64,000 nt of DNA, from positions 59,520,001-59,584,000 of the forward strand of contig CM060732.1 of assembly GCA_030704615.1 (NCBI GenBank), in the 5' to 3' direction. The notes below the pieces were generated by a model. The model was not told the DNA's origin, made no database searches, and saw nothing but the letters and a program-made list of their open reading frames with translations. Positions 26,171 to 40,850 of the stretch are shown here, in pieces (position 1 is the first letter of the stretch; each line of letters starts with the position of its first letter). Origin of the DNA: Takakia lepidozioides (taxonomy: Eukaryota > Plantae > Bryophyta). Both the position numbers and the translations under genes were made by a program.

Positions 26171-27009
26171 AACCTCATGTAGTCATGTAGTCATAATGTC
26201 ATCAATGTGTAGTAATGGTGTAGTCATTTAGTCATAAGCTTATCTAGCACTTGTTGACGTGTAGTAGTGCATATAGTTATATAAACCAAGCCTATGTTCT
26301 TGGTCAACAATGTTTGACCGCGGCTCCTAGTCATGTAGTAATATGTATGACTTCATTAGATTAAAATATATTAAATTTCGCCCAACAATGGGTTTCGTCA
26401 CTCTGTAATCACATATATAGTCATGGTAACCAAGGTTTATATCACCCGTAGTCATAAAAACGTTAATCTGTACTAGTGAATGTTCTGCACCAAAGAGGCG
26501 AAAAAGAGCCCCCGAGCCATTTCTTTCCTCTGCAGGAAATCTTTCCAACGGACAAAAGGCTGACAAGAAAAAAAAAACGGACTCCAAACATATGAGGACT
26601 CCCTCGGATGTTGTGGCGCCTCGTCAATCCAAGCCCGCGGGAATCCACTGTTCCTCTGTGAAACCTTCAATGGTAAATTTCAAAACCATTTCTCCACTTT
26701 CATTTGCAGTTTGTTTTGCGGTCCCAAACTAACTCAGTAATTTTTATACAAGCGAGTATGGAGCCGTAGAACTTCTTGAATACGCCTCCCGACAAGGTGC
26801 GTCCACTAACCTCCACTTGACAGCCGATGTTCATCTTTTCATGATCTCGAACTCTTCGATATATCGTCTATTCTTGGTCCTTTACAGTAGTCCATTGTCA
26901 GGATACTTATGTCTCGGCAAACGTAGAGGTCACTCTGAAACTAAGAAACACTATATCGTGTTGTTTCTGATGGCAGGAACACTTAAATTTATTTTCTTAA
27001 ATTGCGTAG

Positions 27010-27700
27010 GATGACGTCGACAATCAACCATCATTTGCCACATCGGGAAAGAGAAAACGAATGTTGTTAATATTGAGTGTCAACGGACTCCTCTGCTACC
27101 GGCCACCTCCAACCGGCGATGAATTGTTTAAGGAGAGATTTTGTTTCAGGAAAATTACAGTTCATGTTCCTGACAAACCTTTTGTGGTTCCCCGGCCTGG
27201 AGTCTTGGAGTTTCTCAACCTTGCGTTGATGCATTTTCACGTGGCGATTTGGTCATGTGCTGAAAGAGATGTTCTTTGTAGGATGCTCGAGTGCTAAGTT
27301 CCCATGAAAATTGTGAAGAAGTTTTGCTTCATCTGGTCAGCTGAGGATTGCAAAGACACTACCGGTTACATCATACCTGAGATGAAATATCTCGTTAAGG
27401 ATATTCGCACAGTTTTTGTCAAGTACCCTGGTACACCCTTTGCAACGCATGGACAAATACTCCTTGTCGATGATGAGCCATCAAAGGGCCTCCGAAACCC
27501 ACCAAATACTGGATTCTTCCCTATTTCATACAAGCCATCACCAAAGGGCTTGGTTGATCAGGATGATATGACAAAAGCTGTGTGGCCATATATATTGAAA
27601 ATGGCTGCAGCTTCAATAGTCGTAGATTACATCAGCGAGAACCTTGCCAAGTGTTCTCGTAAGCCTATTGGTCGCGACCACGCTATTGGGCTTGGTATGG
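27010..27700 (+). pseudogene. FCP1/NIF-type HAD phosphatase-like domain, disrupted
   Basis: LLILSVNGLL (degenerate DxDxT motif), VPRPGVLEFL…FHVAIWS, FIWSAEDC, VKDI, ILLVDDEPSKGLRNPPN. In-frame TAA at 27295-27297. Confidence 0.75.
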
Positions 27701-29183
27701 AAGATATGTTGATCCTCGTGTTTGGATCCCACAACAAAAGGAACCTGATTACCTTGGTATGTACTTATCCCACTGTTTGTTGTTTATGGAGAATTTGATC
27801 TTGAAAATGTATTTCACTTGCACTTTTATCTTATCATTTTTTCTACAAATGTTCCACATTTCATCTGACATTTGTCATATGAAAAATTGTTTTGCCCAGT
27901 CACATTCAAGGAGCGAATTTCAAAAAGAAGAAGAAGAGCTTCGTGATTGGCAAGAATGGCGGGCTTCCCGACAGGCTTCAAGGGCATCAAGAGATTCAAC
28001 AAGTAGAGTTTCAAGTAACATTTCGGATGATAATGTTACTACTAGGTTCGAGTTCTCCGAAAGTATTTCCGTTTCCTCTGGTGCGGAAACCGTTGCAAGT
28101 GGTTGTGGTAACCGGAGGCGTCTTCGAACACATGCCTTGACTGCGAGCCGTTTGGGAGGAGACTCTGTAATATTAATGGGTTAGTGTAAGCCGTTGTATG
28201 GCTTCGAGCTGCTGGATAATATTAAGTCCAACGGATGTACAGTTGACGTTACATTATGTCTGACTGCAACGCCAAAGTTGCACTCTCTAATAAAATATGA
28301 ATGTTTATCATCAATGTATGCGGACTCATTATTTCATGTCATCCTCTTCATCACATGCCATGATTGTTCTATGTTTGGTTTTGTATCTCATCTGATATGG
28401 CAACCATTTTGTGCAAAAAGTTTTACATATCTGACCTCACATCGTGGTGTAATTTATCGCATCTTCCCATTTTTTTTCGTGAACGTCAACTTGGCAGTGG
28501 ATGTTCTTCTAAAACCACAATATATACTTATATTGTCTCCAAAAAATGTTTGAAGGATTATTGTTCATGACTATATTGTGCATAAAATAGCCAAATAATA
28601 ATATATATCGTTTTATTTCAATAATAAATTTTATTTATTCATATTATTTCTGGACCAAACAAAAGTCCAGAATTAGTTAAAATAGTGTTTGAGGCTACAT
28701 TTGCATCGAGATAAGAATTGGTATGTAGACCCTAACAATATAGGCATACAAAATGAACTAATTATTATTGTGAGAAATGCTCTTTGATCTCTTCATTTAA
28801 AGATTTTCGAGCCATAGTACGCTTGAAGACCATGAAAATTTCGAGGGGTGAGAGGATTTGTCAATCAGAAGTTAGAACATATATGCTTCAATGAGAGGAG
28901 TTAATAGAATCAAATGGGAAAGAAGATGTCAATCAGCTACTGACCATGCATTTTTATCTAATATAACTCTAAGGCAACAAAGTCAACAAAAATATTTTGC
29001 AATTAAATTGCAAGCTATTATGACAACCCGAGATAACAAAGTTATGTAGAAGAGATGTTGAGTAACACAAAATTTTGTATCATTTGCTTATTGATGTGGC
29101 CAAAAACTTGATAAGCATTGAAAGAAAAAATAGAAATGATAGGGAAAAAGGTAGGGGAAAAGGTAACATCCTAGTACCATTAA

Positions 29184-29837
29184 CCCTTAAACGCCCAGTG
29201 CCATAGTATGACTTTTTCAGAAAACATGACCCCTTAAGTGAAAAAAAAGTGTAACTTTCAGAAAATTAATTTTTTAAAGAACTTGACCGTACATTAGGTG
29301 CGTACCTTCCTCCTGCATCCACCTGCCGAATTTGAGGCCAATCAGCCCTAGATCCACAAAATGCCACCGTTGAATGTGGGCCCCATTATTGGGGCCCTTT
29401 TTAGAAACATATCCATTTTTGGTAATTTTTTGAAGATTTGAGTGATGGGATCAAATGGGATTGAGGCGAAATTAGCAGGGTTTCATCCTCTTGAGATCCC
29501 TCATCCAACAAGCCAAAAAGTATCCAATTTGGCCAATGCATGTGATGTTGCCACTTGGTCAAACCTGGGAAAATCCCATGTTTCTCTCCCTCTCTCACAC
29601 ACATATGAAGAATGAAACAACGAGAATTACCTTTATCAAATCGTGACCTCCCTGCTTGCGTGATGAGACCTCTTTGCAACTTGGTAGATCCGAGGCAATC
29701 GGGCAATGAATCTTGGTGTGCCAGGTGCCCAAGAACACTATATTTTTTTTTTTCACACAATTCCATGGAGAATGCAAAAAGTTATTCAGATTTTTTTAAA
29801 CCCAAAAGCCCGAAACGAGCTACTGGGCGTTTAAGGG
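29184..29837. mobile_element. piggyBac-type MITE (654 bp)
   Basis: Perfect 16-bp TIR CCCTTAAACGCCCAGT / ACTGGGCGTTTAAGGG, flanked by TTAA on both sides (29180-29183, 29838-29841). Confidence 0.75.
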
Positions 29838-30359
29838 TTAATGGTGAAAGCAAACTACGGTGACTACATTTTCTGTCACGTATTTTTACATGACACAGTT
29901 TGATTTAATTGTACTTTAGAGACATTTTTATTACAATGATGAAATGGGACTCACTCCGATGCTTCCAACTACTACAACCTTTAATCTTTAAAGTCTCACC
30001 ACAAATGAAGTTGATTTGTCGAAGTATTGGACTCCAGAAAATTGCATACCATAATGTTACAGTCCAAAAGAAAAGGTGTTATGGACTTTTTACTCGCTAT
30101 AGAAAACAAATCTGGTAGATGGTTCTCATAGTGGTATTGCTCTACTCTTAAAGATACTTAAGTCCTATAGAAAGCATTAAAAAATGAAATTTCTTATTTC
30201 TATATATTATTGTGAGCCTCGAAAAACTTTTTTATAAAATACATGAATGCATGGAGTAAAATAATGGACTTGTCTCACTAAAAGGTACATTTCATGTAGA
30301 TAAACAACTGTCATAGGGTCACTATGCGATATAATAAAAATTATGGAAAATAAGAAATA

Positions 30360-30393
<34 letters not shown>

Positions 30394-30499
30394 GAAAAAT
30401 ATGAAATTGAGCGCCCAAATGTCTGATACTGTCAACTTTAGACGGTCCAGATCTTTCAGCATGGTTGAATCTAACAACTTTTAGACCATGCTCGCTTTT

Positions 30500-30900
30500 A
30501 GTGTAGTGAAGATGAAACAAAAAACTAGAGAGCTTGCTACATACAATCGAAGGCATGATGTCATTGATGGATTTTGTGGGCTGAAAACAACCATTGATAA
30601 TCCAAGCCATAAGTGTTTCATTTGATCCCAAATCCCCAACTACTTCATGGGGAAGCATAAAGCATGCTTTTGAGACATTTCATATGGGTTTTATGTGTCG
30701 TGTTTCAATTGTCAACCCTCTTGTTACGGGCATGTCGAGGTTGGTTTATGACATCTTGACAACTTGCAATAAATTTGATCATCATCAAGGAAAAGTCAAT
30801 GGAAATAAGTACACGCCTTGCATAAACGGTTCATTGATAACCTTATAGGACCTCTTGTGGGTCATGGATTTGATGGAAGCTTATGTTGGAAAGCATTTCT
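30500..30900 (+). pseudogene. Decayed transposase-like remnant (family unassigned)
   Basis: Fragments SEDET…DGFCG, CRVSIVNPL…TCNKFD and IGPLVGHGFDG resemble a DDE-type transposase core. Recognised from memory only; frameshifted. Confidence 0.35.
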
Positions 30901-33900
30901 AGATGTGCTTTTGGGTTGAAGCTGGCTTAAGGCTTATTGATGTTAGTTGAAAAGGTACAAGACTTTATCTTTGATTATGATGCAAAATTCATTTCATGTA
31001 GGGAAGAAATTGTGTAATCCAATTCTTTCTCCAAAACGAGATATATTTTTGTGTCAATTTTTAGTTCATAAAGAACCACTTGCTTCTTGTAATTGAGTTG
31101 GATTGTTAACAGCAGATGTTGATGTCAAGGAAAAACAAAATGTGGCTATTGTACAATGCATAACTTTTCATCGTGTTAGAGCATGCAGTTTAGAATAATT
31201 AGACAAAGGTGTGTTTCGAAAAGGAAAATTTAGAGTAAAAGGCACTATCATTCACTTAGAGATAATATCGGCATTTTCACAAGTGTTTTTTGGCAGAGAT
31301 ACCTTGCTGGGACGTGTGGAGCTTGCATCATTTGTGGTCCACGTAATGTACATATGATCTAATTCATACATTCGACATCGAAGTTATGGGCATTTCTTGA
31401 AAGACAATTGGCTAATACGAGAGTTTATGATAGATTGTCTTATTGTTTGTCATTCGTTTGTTCTACATATTATGATGATTAGGGATTTTTTCCCTTATTT
31501 ACTCGTGGCTTTGGATAGATTGGATTTGATTGTGGCAACGATTCTTTTTAATCCGTGCTTGGTCGTCAAGTGAAAAACAAACATAATTTTTTGGGTTTGG
31601 GAGGCTACTGAACGCACATCACGTATTGGAAAGATATAACATATTAAACATGATGGGGATGGTCCATTATTTATTAATCCACGACGAAGGAAAAATATCT
31701 CGTGACTAGGGAATTCTAATTCAATGAGTGCTAATCTACGTGATTATGATTGTGTGACCAATACGAGGCTGAAAAAAGCTCGGACAGCTGGTTTTATTTT
31801 AGCTCAAAGCAGAGCTGAATATATTGTACTCTTGGAAACAAGTAAGTGGAATAAACATTGGCATTTCACAGTTGAGGAGAAAGACTATACGTGCATCTAT
31901 GGAAGTAAAATTGGATAGAACTACGCTGACTAATCTTCAAGAAGATAATGATGTGTTCATAAATGAGGTTGATTTTGTGATTAGGTCTGCAATCTTAGAT
32001 GCAGAACAAGGTGGAGGGTCAGGTGATGAGGTCTAACTCAAACTCGACAAAACAAATATCATCAATTATTGATGTGTTAGGTAAGGGTTCAATTTACAAA
32101 TTGAGACTGATAACAAAATTGAATATTCACTCTCCTTCAAAATTGCATCTTGATAGGCTAAGGCGTGTGTAACATAAGGCATGATCAAGTCTGGCTGTAG
32201 GTACACCCCAGGAAGAAGCTGAAATTGGTTTGTTTGATAATGTTGATATTCTATTGGAAAGGGGCCGACAAAGTAAACTTCCTCATGGATACTAGTAAAT
32301 GCAAAAACAAAAACGGAGATCCACCATTTCATCTCTAAGATTATAATGTTCAATGGAAAATAATCTTTTCAAGCAAAGGATGGATTGATTTTTTTTCAAA
32401 AAAATAGAAAGTGAGAAATATATTTGTGTGCAGGATGAAATTGTGCATATGCTCACCAAATTTTAAATCCAAATTCTCAAATTTTCATATGAGCTCCTTG
32501 ATATATTAAAAACAATGGTGAGAAATTTGGTTCCGGCTAAACCCTACGATTACACTTTCCTCGGCCATATACGCAATGGTATGATGTATCCTAGCTGGCA
32601 ATGGTGCGTTTTTGCTAGTCTCTTCGTCAATATTAGAAATTTTTCATACGGTAGATTATTAAGTAATACATGGTGAGTACTTACTGTGATGTAGCTTTCT
32701 CATAAGATCTGCATTTTCTTATTTAAACTTATTCAACTCATTAATAACAACGTATTTCTATCACATTTGCAGTTTTCACTAACTTGCATAGGCATCAACA
32801 AAGTCCAAATTAGGCATCTTCCATCCTTGTTATAAGTTACGATCCCCACTCTACAAATGCTTTCAGGCTGTAGCAATCCAGAATTTCAAATGCTTATAAC
32901 TTTTAGGGTGGTGGATATACCCATTCCCTGGAAATAAACATTGTTGTCAACTGACATAGACATTTTATACTATACCCAATTATGGGATGAATGCACTTAG
33001 CGCACAACCAACATTTAGCCAAATGGTAAGGACATATATCACCATTTCACTAGTAATTATTGGTTCAAAACACATGTTGAATGTCACAAAAAGTAGACAG
33101 TACTTGACGGTAAAAAAATAGCTCTTTAGGATCAAGAGACATTATAATTTACGTTAGCTTCGGCAACATGTCCACATTTTTTTTTTTTTGGCATGAAGAT
33201 ATTTCCATCCAAGTTTGAATGTGAAAAAAATATATGATTTTTGGATGATTATGAATAAGTTATGAGTCTTTTACAACCTGTCACAGTTATCTATTTACGC
33301 CCAAATACCTTAAGATTGTCGTGTGGCTCCCATGTCTATGCCATGGTTCACCCGTAATGGGCTATAGCGTTAGCTCTCGTGTTCGCTCAAGCGAGCATTG
33401 CTCACACCCACTCCTCTGTCTGTAATATGATGTGGATATGTGAGAACAATAACTAGAACATGACCCAAATATTTTCAAGTCATCATAGAGGAATCATAAG
33501 CTAATCATCGTCCTACTATAAGGTAACCTCAATTTCATGTTGTGAAAACTACAAGCTTCTCTATTATAAACTCATACATCTAGAGCCACTATAGGTTTAG
33601 TAGAGCCATGTGTATCTGTATGCTTGTTTAGATTCTAGCCACAGAGCCACATCAGCCACCAACCTACAATGTTACATCAATAAAACTGGAATTATACCGT
33701 ATGTCATTCTGTAACTACATTTGTCAACTTGTATGCTAAATGTAGGAACAGAAGCCTGGGGGCGGCAACTCCCATATAATCAGCAGTCTGGGCACTGGCA
33801 TAATAACTAGGTCCAAAGCTGAGTTGTGGTTTGTCATAACCATCTAATAACTTATAAAAATATCTACATTTGGGATGGACCTATCATTTATTATGATAAT

Positions 33901-35954
33901 TTGTATCATAATTATTATGATACAAAGATTGCAGCTCATATTAATTAAAGGGTTGCCCACTGAGAGAGACCCATAAACATTTTCTCTTCCCCCAATTAGT
34001 ACCAACTTCTAAGTTAAGTTGATGAATGTCAAGTAGTTGAATCTTGGATCTAGTACTCCTCTCCAAGCCTTATCTGCATCAACCACCAATGTTTAAATAC
34101 TATGCTATATTCAACTCGTGAGTACAATCACATTTCATGAAGGGAGTTGAGAGAAGCATTTCAGAGAATGATTTCATGGAATTTAATTGATACAAGTAAG
34201 CATAACTCACCCTGGAACAAATACGGTTGTATTTCGCCCACTTCTAGTCTTTAATCCAACTCGCATTTGATCTCCTTTGGTTGATGCAATCACTTGAATA
34301 GCTGAATGATCAACCTCATTTGTGTGTACGTGTGTTGAGTACAAAGACAATCAACACTCTTGGAAGTCCCGAGCTGTCCAGTATTAGCCCAATATTAGAT
34401 TTTCGAGCCCCATGCCCAATGGTCGATTTTCCAGCATTGCGTCATTTTTTTTTTGTTACTCAAAAAATCGTTTATAGCCACCTTACCCTGCCGTGCCAAA
34501 GTATATAATCATGTCTCTACATCAACACTTAAAGATACCATACATGTTATCTGTTCTATGCTAATAAAATCAGCTTCGTGGTCGCCATGGCCTCTATATG
34601 CATATTGACAATCTGTGATGTACTGATAGTATTTTGCAGAATCTTTATTCTTTCTTCATGCATAGAAACTACCCTAATATAATTTATTTGCTTCCCCTTC
34701 TCTACTACCTTCACAATTTTTGTACTCTTCCCCATTCCGTTTTTTCTCTCATATCCTTCAGTGACGTGTTCTTTCCGTCTTGTCTTCTCCTCTAATGCCT
34801 CAATCTAATCATTTTTCATCATGCTAATCGATTTTGCATAACCAAATATGGGATCAACATAAAAAATGGACAGACATATTAGATGTATTTGAGGTAAGAA
34901 AAAATAAAATAAAACAATAAAAATCTTGTTTATGTTACAATATTTTGCATGTCGGATTTGTTGACAAGTTGATTCAACTATTTATTGTTATTATCTGATC
35001 CCTACATACCATCATCATGCTCTTCAACAAAATAGTGACGATGGGAATGAATATTGTCGTCAGTAAGATCATTTAATTTATATTTATTGATATAAATATT
35101 TTCTGCATATTTACAATTGTTAGTGTCTTCTTCGGAGCAAGAAAAACTGAGTAATACCTTCATCATATGCATCAATTGTTGCCTTCAAATCTGAATCTAA
35201 CCATATCGAATTCTTCTTTTTGTTGCCACCAGAGAGAGTCTTGGAAACAAGTTGGAAGAAGTTCCAATTGACATTATGTAGAAGATGTTCCTCTTAGAGA
35301 TGTAGAGAGAATGGTATCACAATAATTATTACAACAAGACGGTACTGAAGATGGTGACTTTGATAGTTTTAGACAAAGTGGATTGCACTCTATATTTAAC
35401 ACCTCTTCCATGAAATGTCACATTCTGACGGTGAGAATTGTTGGTGAAATGAGAATTCCTCGTCACTTCTATCAGATTTTGAACTCTCCTTAGCTAAAAT
35501 ATGGATTACATGAGGTTGTGAATCTGGGCAAAACAATTGAGTACTTTTGTTATTTTCATTTTCTACCCATATGTACTTTTATTACGAACACATCTTCCAC
35601 TTTTTGTTGCAACTACCCATAACATGATTCTAATTTAGAATAACCACATTTAATTTTGGTACTTTAAGCGTTTTCCCTTCTTTTGGATTTGGTTACCGGT
35701 GGCTATCATTCCTTAGGATCCCATTGTTTTTTTTTCCCACTCATTATTAATGTGTTTTGGGCTTTGATGTATTTTTTAATGTTTTGTTTTTTTTAACTTG
35801 CATGAATTGAATGAGAAACAAATTTTTAGATTGAAGGTATCGATAATTGTTGGATGTTTATCAAATTAGATTTTATAACCGCCAGTTCCGAATATTAAAT
35901 TCAAAAAAAATCACAGATGGCTTTTGTTATTAATTAATATTTTAATTTTAATTT

Positions 35955-36072
35955 TTAAGAGAAACACCTGGGAGCGACAGCTCACAAATCAGGCCACATC
36001 TGTCTAAGATATCAAGATTGGATTTGCCCTAGAATCATCTAGGTGGCACTATCCAACTGAGCTACCGTACGT
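35955..36072 (-). mobile_element. tRNA-derived SINE (short/degenerate)
   Basis: Minus-strand box A TAGCTCAGTTGG. 3' part GGCCTGATTTGTGAGCTGTC…AGGTG is shared with 43090-43130. A-rich tail. Confidence 0.55.
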
Positions 36073-39000
36073 CGCTGTCAGATTCGACAGCACAGTGCCG
36101 AAATAATTATTGTTTGGAGGCTCAGTCCGTTCGGCACGTCATATTTTATATTCCAGGTTTCGGCAGTTTAGGATTGAATTTTTTTTGCCACCTACGATAC
36201 AAGCTTGCGATATGAGCTCCGCATTTTTAGAGGCTGCATGCGCCCTCTGCAACGATCAAGCAGTTCACGAGCACCAAATTTTCTTGTTTTTGGACAAGTT
36301 GAGTATGTAATATTTCTGGATTTTCAGACATATCACTTGAGTTAATTCAAAACCCAAAATATAATTAATTTGTGTAGAATCTGACAGCAACATAGGGTGC
36401 TGACTATTGGTCAAATTTTTATTACGTCCCCAAGAATTATCTTGAATAGTGCAAGAAACAATACTTCAAGCTGCAGATTATCAATAGCTTTGGTTATTGT
36501 ATTGTTAATACCCACAGTTATTAAGAGCCAGTTATTAGACTTACCCATTTTATAGGTATTTTGTTTTGTTTTGTTTTGTTATTTATTTATTAAACCTAGT
36601 TTGATGAGCCTCATACAATTAAAATCTTATTGTGAAAAGATAACACCAACAATTAAAAATCTGAATATATAAACTCCAATTTCATCAAATATAACTTTTT
36701 AATATTATGTGCAAAATTCACAGCCCAAAAATGTCACCTTCAGTTAAGTTTTTGGTGTTTAAGTCCAGAGTAGAAGCTAACCATCATAATATAATTGCTA
36801 GTACAGTGTTTCCAAATGCTCATAGGGAATAGCCCCCAACAATAGAAAACACGATAGACAAGACCCTACTTCAACCCGTAAACGTCGAGCACCATATTGG
36901 TGGGCCCACTAAAAAATAGTGCATATCCTCATGAATAAGGGTGTAACTTTTTCCCCCAATCATCCATACGGATGGACCTTATACTTATGCGCACATCTAC
37001 CTACTACATTCATATCCTATGAAATGTGAAGTCAGTTTGACCATTGCACTTGGGAGATTATAACAAGTTAATCTGTCCCAATTTGTAAATGTATTCTAAG
37101 ATTGCGCAGAAAAAATGGTTAACCACTAAACTCAAGTGTTGAGTTGAGTTTTCTAAGGCATATACCCAGGCCTCCAAAATATGATTATATGGCACCCGAG
37201 GGACTCTCTCCCAACGAAAAGCAGACCGAAATTTCTAAAACTAAGGTAGGCTGCTTTGTATGTGAAATCTGGGGGGGTAAATTGTCATGGTTTGGCTACT
37301 TTCCCAAGTACACCCATGAGGTGATATTTGTTTTCTAATTCCTCTGGTAATGAAGTATACACTAACACTACATAGAGCCTTGTCCAAAAAATTTGGCCTT
37401 TGATAAATTTTGAGCCCTAGATGTTATTTTCCAGATTGCCCATTTGGCTTGCCACGTGGGCAAGTTAACGGTTTTGGTCTAGCCCCCTCACACTTTGAAA
37501 AAATCTAGAAGCAGAGCTTCTATTATTTTAGGGAAGCTCTAAATTCCCCACATGTGCTTCTCCCTGACCCGCACTCTTTATTTTCAGGAATCACTTCTAT
37601 CAACTGTCATCCAGGAAATTGGATCGTGGCAGAAAACTGACGCGACCTGATTCAGGCAATGTCTTCTATATGTCTTGACAATTATTTTACTGATTTTGAT
37701 TGTAAATTGCAAAAATGAATATCTAAATAATAATCTTAATATGAAGTCATATGCGGAAAACAATATGCCATTGGAAAGCTTTTGGCAGTAGGTTCTTTCA
37801 CTTAAATCAATATTCCTTTGAGGTATTTCTGTAAAAACCAGTAGATAAATTTATTTTTGACTAACTTACTTATAAAATAATATTTAAAATAATATGTAAT
37901 ATTTGAATAAATTTTACGTATTTGAAATAGATTGACAAGAATCTGGTTCTTCTAACTGATAGCTCAATTTATTTGTAAAAGTCCTCTAACAAATAAAGCT
38001 AGACTAATGTGGACCATCTATTTAAAGATATCCAAAATATAAATCTTTGAGTCATAATTTTGCTAGAAGATAAGAACCGGGCCCCAAGCAACCGCCCCCA
38101 CGAAGGAATCAGCCCCTAAAAATGCTAGGGGTTGGTTCCACGGAGAACATCCCATCCGCTCCCACTGGGCCTGTGACATACTAAATGACAGTTAGTGAAG
38201 CTTTGGGATGAATAATCAAAATTTCATCCAATCTTCATCTATTTCTTGAATGAAAGGCAATGGCCAAGGCTACGGCCCGCTACAAAGAAAAGACAAACTA
38301 CCTGTCAAGGGGGGCGCAGAACTCGATCGCCCCTGATGTCTTCTTTGCGCCCCTTCGCAAGGGGCAATTCCGTGGGGGCGCCCCATAGAGAATACTCTAT
38401 TTCGACCAATAACGCCTCGTTAATCCTGGGGCGATTAGGGGGGAGGGGGGCCAACTGGCCATGGTTTCCGGCTCTAAGATTTTATAATCTGAACAGTTGC
38501 TGAAATGTGACGCTTTCTCTAGCCTCAGCTCATAGGAGTATAGGAGGAAGCTTGGGTTTGGGGGATATAATCAGTAGATATCATTTGGCTATGGGGAGAG
38601 TTTTAAAGTGTGTGGTCCGGGCAAGTCAGGTGTAGGAGGTGGGTCCCCCGCAAGGGCCACAATGAAGTCCCACATGCTTCATCCATGATTTGAACCGAGA
38701 ACTGGAACGTTGAAGGAAGGAATGACGAAAACACAGGTTGGGAGCGTGGAGTCCATCTTTTTTAATCATCTCTACTTTCATCCACCTACTTTGAAGCCAC
38801 CCCCAAACGGAGCTCTTTCTGTACCCCCATGTTTTGACTAAAACTCCTATAAGTCAATAACCGACAAGATCCGTAATATCCGTATCCGAGATCCCCTCTG
38901 CGCCCAGTTAAGCGAAATTTGGGGGGTTAGCTGGCCGATTCCAACTCATAACCCCCCATTGCGGCTAGGCCCTAAGAATATATAAAATGTATTTGATTGT

Positions 39001-39682
39001 GCAACAATCACTAGGATGATTTGACCTCTCTCAACCACTTGCCATCTACAAAATAAAATTGTCAATTCAGAGTCAAATTTATGATTCTGGATCTTCTGAT
39101 ATTTAAAAAGGAGTGGAAGCCCTTCAAGTCATGGGCAAAGGGAAAAAAATAACCTTAGAAAATGTCATAAGGATGTGATGCAACGGTTGTCCAACATCTT
39201 TGCAATGTAAATAGGCACGTGTGCATTGTAAATGCAAATATGACGGGATATATCCCAATAATGCCAGGACACTTGTTACCAGATCCGTAGTAAGCGAATA
39301 CTTGATGGTCTAGAATTTCTGCCATTGATCCTTTTCCAGAGCCACATGTTTTTCACGACTTCTGGTATCTCTTCCACCGCTAGACAACCACAAAACAATT
39401 GTTACCTCTCCACGCCAGCAAAAAATAAACCTTAATAAATTAAAACCGGGGACATCCCAGGAATAGCATGTTGAAAAAAAGCCTAGAAAAATAACTACGC
39501 AAAGGTCTTAAAAGGTTACAAAAAATGCATGGAGTACAGGCAAGCCCCAGCCTATTGTAGTCATGAATTCTTTATAAAGTGATTAACATATTATGGAAGA
39601 TAACTGATTTGCTCATACTTTCTTTGAGCAATTGATGACCTGGGTCTGCCAAATTTCTTCAACTGGTATCATGTGTTATTTG

Positions 39683-40239
39683 CAGTGTTGGATTGGTATA
39701 CCGATAAGAAACCGGTATCAATACTAGTATGTATACTGGTATGAAGTACCAGACCAGTCTGGTATCACCTCAGGCCACTACCTAGCATATACCCGTACTG
39801 GCCTGGTATCTGGTTCCTGATACTGTGGACGATACCCTACCAGTCTGTTAGGTGGTTGAAAACTGGTACCTGATACCAGTACCATATCATATTTGTGAGG
39901 AAAACTTTTGAGGAACTTGAGGAATACTTTGAGGAAAAAAATCAATGAGAAGCATGATTGTCCACATTTATATGAGAAGTGGGCCTTTCAATATTTAACA
40001 TATCACGAGTTTTTTTGATACCAGACCAGTATTGATAATACCCTGGTATTGATTTCTAAAAACTCTTGCTATTGATACCCATAAAATATCACACCAATAA
40101 AGTATTATTGATACCACCATGGTATCCAAATCTCAGATTTTTGCCAATACTAGTACCTCCCTAGTATCACAATTGGCTGGAGGCCTATATACCAGTACCG
40201 GCATGGTGTGTTCAAAAATACAATACCAGTCCAACGCTG
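39683..40239. mobile_element. hAT-type MITE (557 bp)
   Basis: TIR CAGTGTTGGATTGGTAT / ATACCAGTCCAACGCTG, 8-bp TSD GTTATTTG (39675-39682, 40240-40247), many internal (G)ATACC/GGTAT subterminal motifs. Confidence 0.9.
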
Positions 40240-40769
40240 GTTATTTGTCTAGTCTATTGACTTCTATGGGAAGGCAGAGGATGAAGAGTCTTTGCAATTT
40301 AAACTTATTTATTATTATTATTTTAAACTTTTGATTAAGGAAAACATGTCTAAGGGCCAATGTGGTATAGTGTTACAGGATAATAACACTTATAATGTTT
40401 AGGCAATCTTCTAACCCTCTGTCTGTACGCTGGGAAGTCCCCCACTCTCCTCCTGGGGCACACCTTGGTGCTCCACTTGGGTGGTACTGCCTCGGACTAG
40501 TCCCCTCATAGCGCGGTACGCCCTTGGTTAGGGGACTTATCCTATATTTACCCCTCCGATCTTTAAGGGCTCTAAATACGATTGCAAGCAAGGGTCGCTC
40601 CTAGACTCAGTTTCCCATGTACAGAGAATATTCTTTTATGTATTTATTATTATTATTGTTTGAGAAAAATCACTTTTTTTTGCATCCACACATTGACCCT
40701 GGCAGTGGACAGTTTGGGTTGGACAGAACGTGTTGTAATCTCAACTATTCTTCTTGGATATTATGCTTG

Positions 40770-40850
40770 TTTGCCCACCCCCGCAAGGGGGCAGTAGCCG
40801 CAAGGTGAAGTGGCTCTTAGTTATGCTGCCGGAGTCATCTCTCTCTCTCC
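40770..40850 (+). repeat. Dispersed short structured repeat ending in (TC)n; reverse copies at ~19040-19130 and ~47722-47825
   Basis: Shared core GTGAAGTGGCTCTTAGTTATGC(C/T)G…GGAGTC(TC)n and a CCCCCGCAAGGGGG hairpin. Confidence 0.6.

Noticed and set aside
30355-30393. (AAT)n, and also (CA)n(TA)n near 41000
   Set aside because: Ordinary microsatellites.
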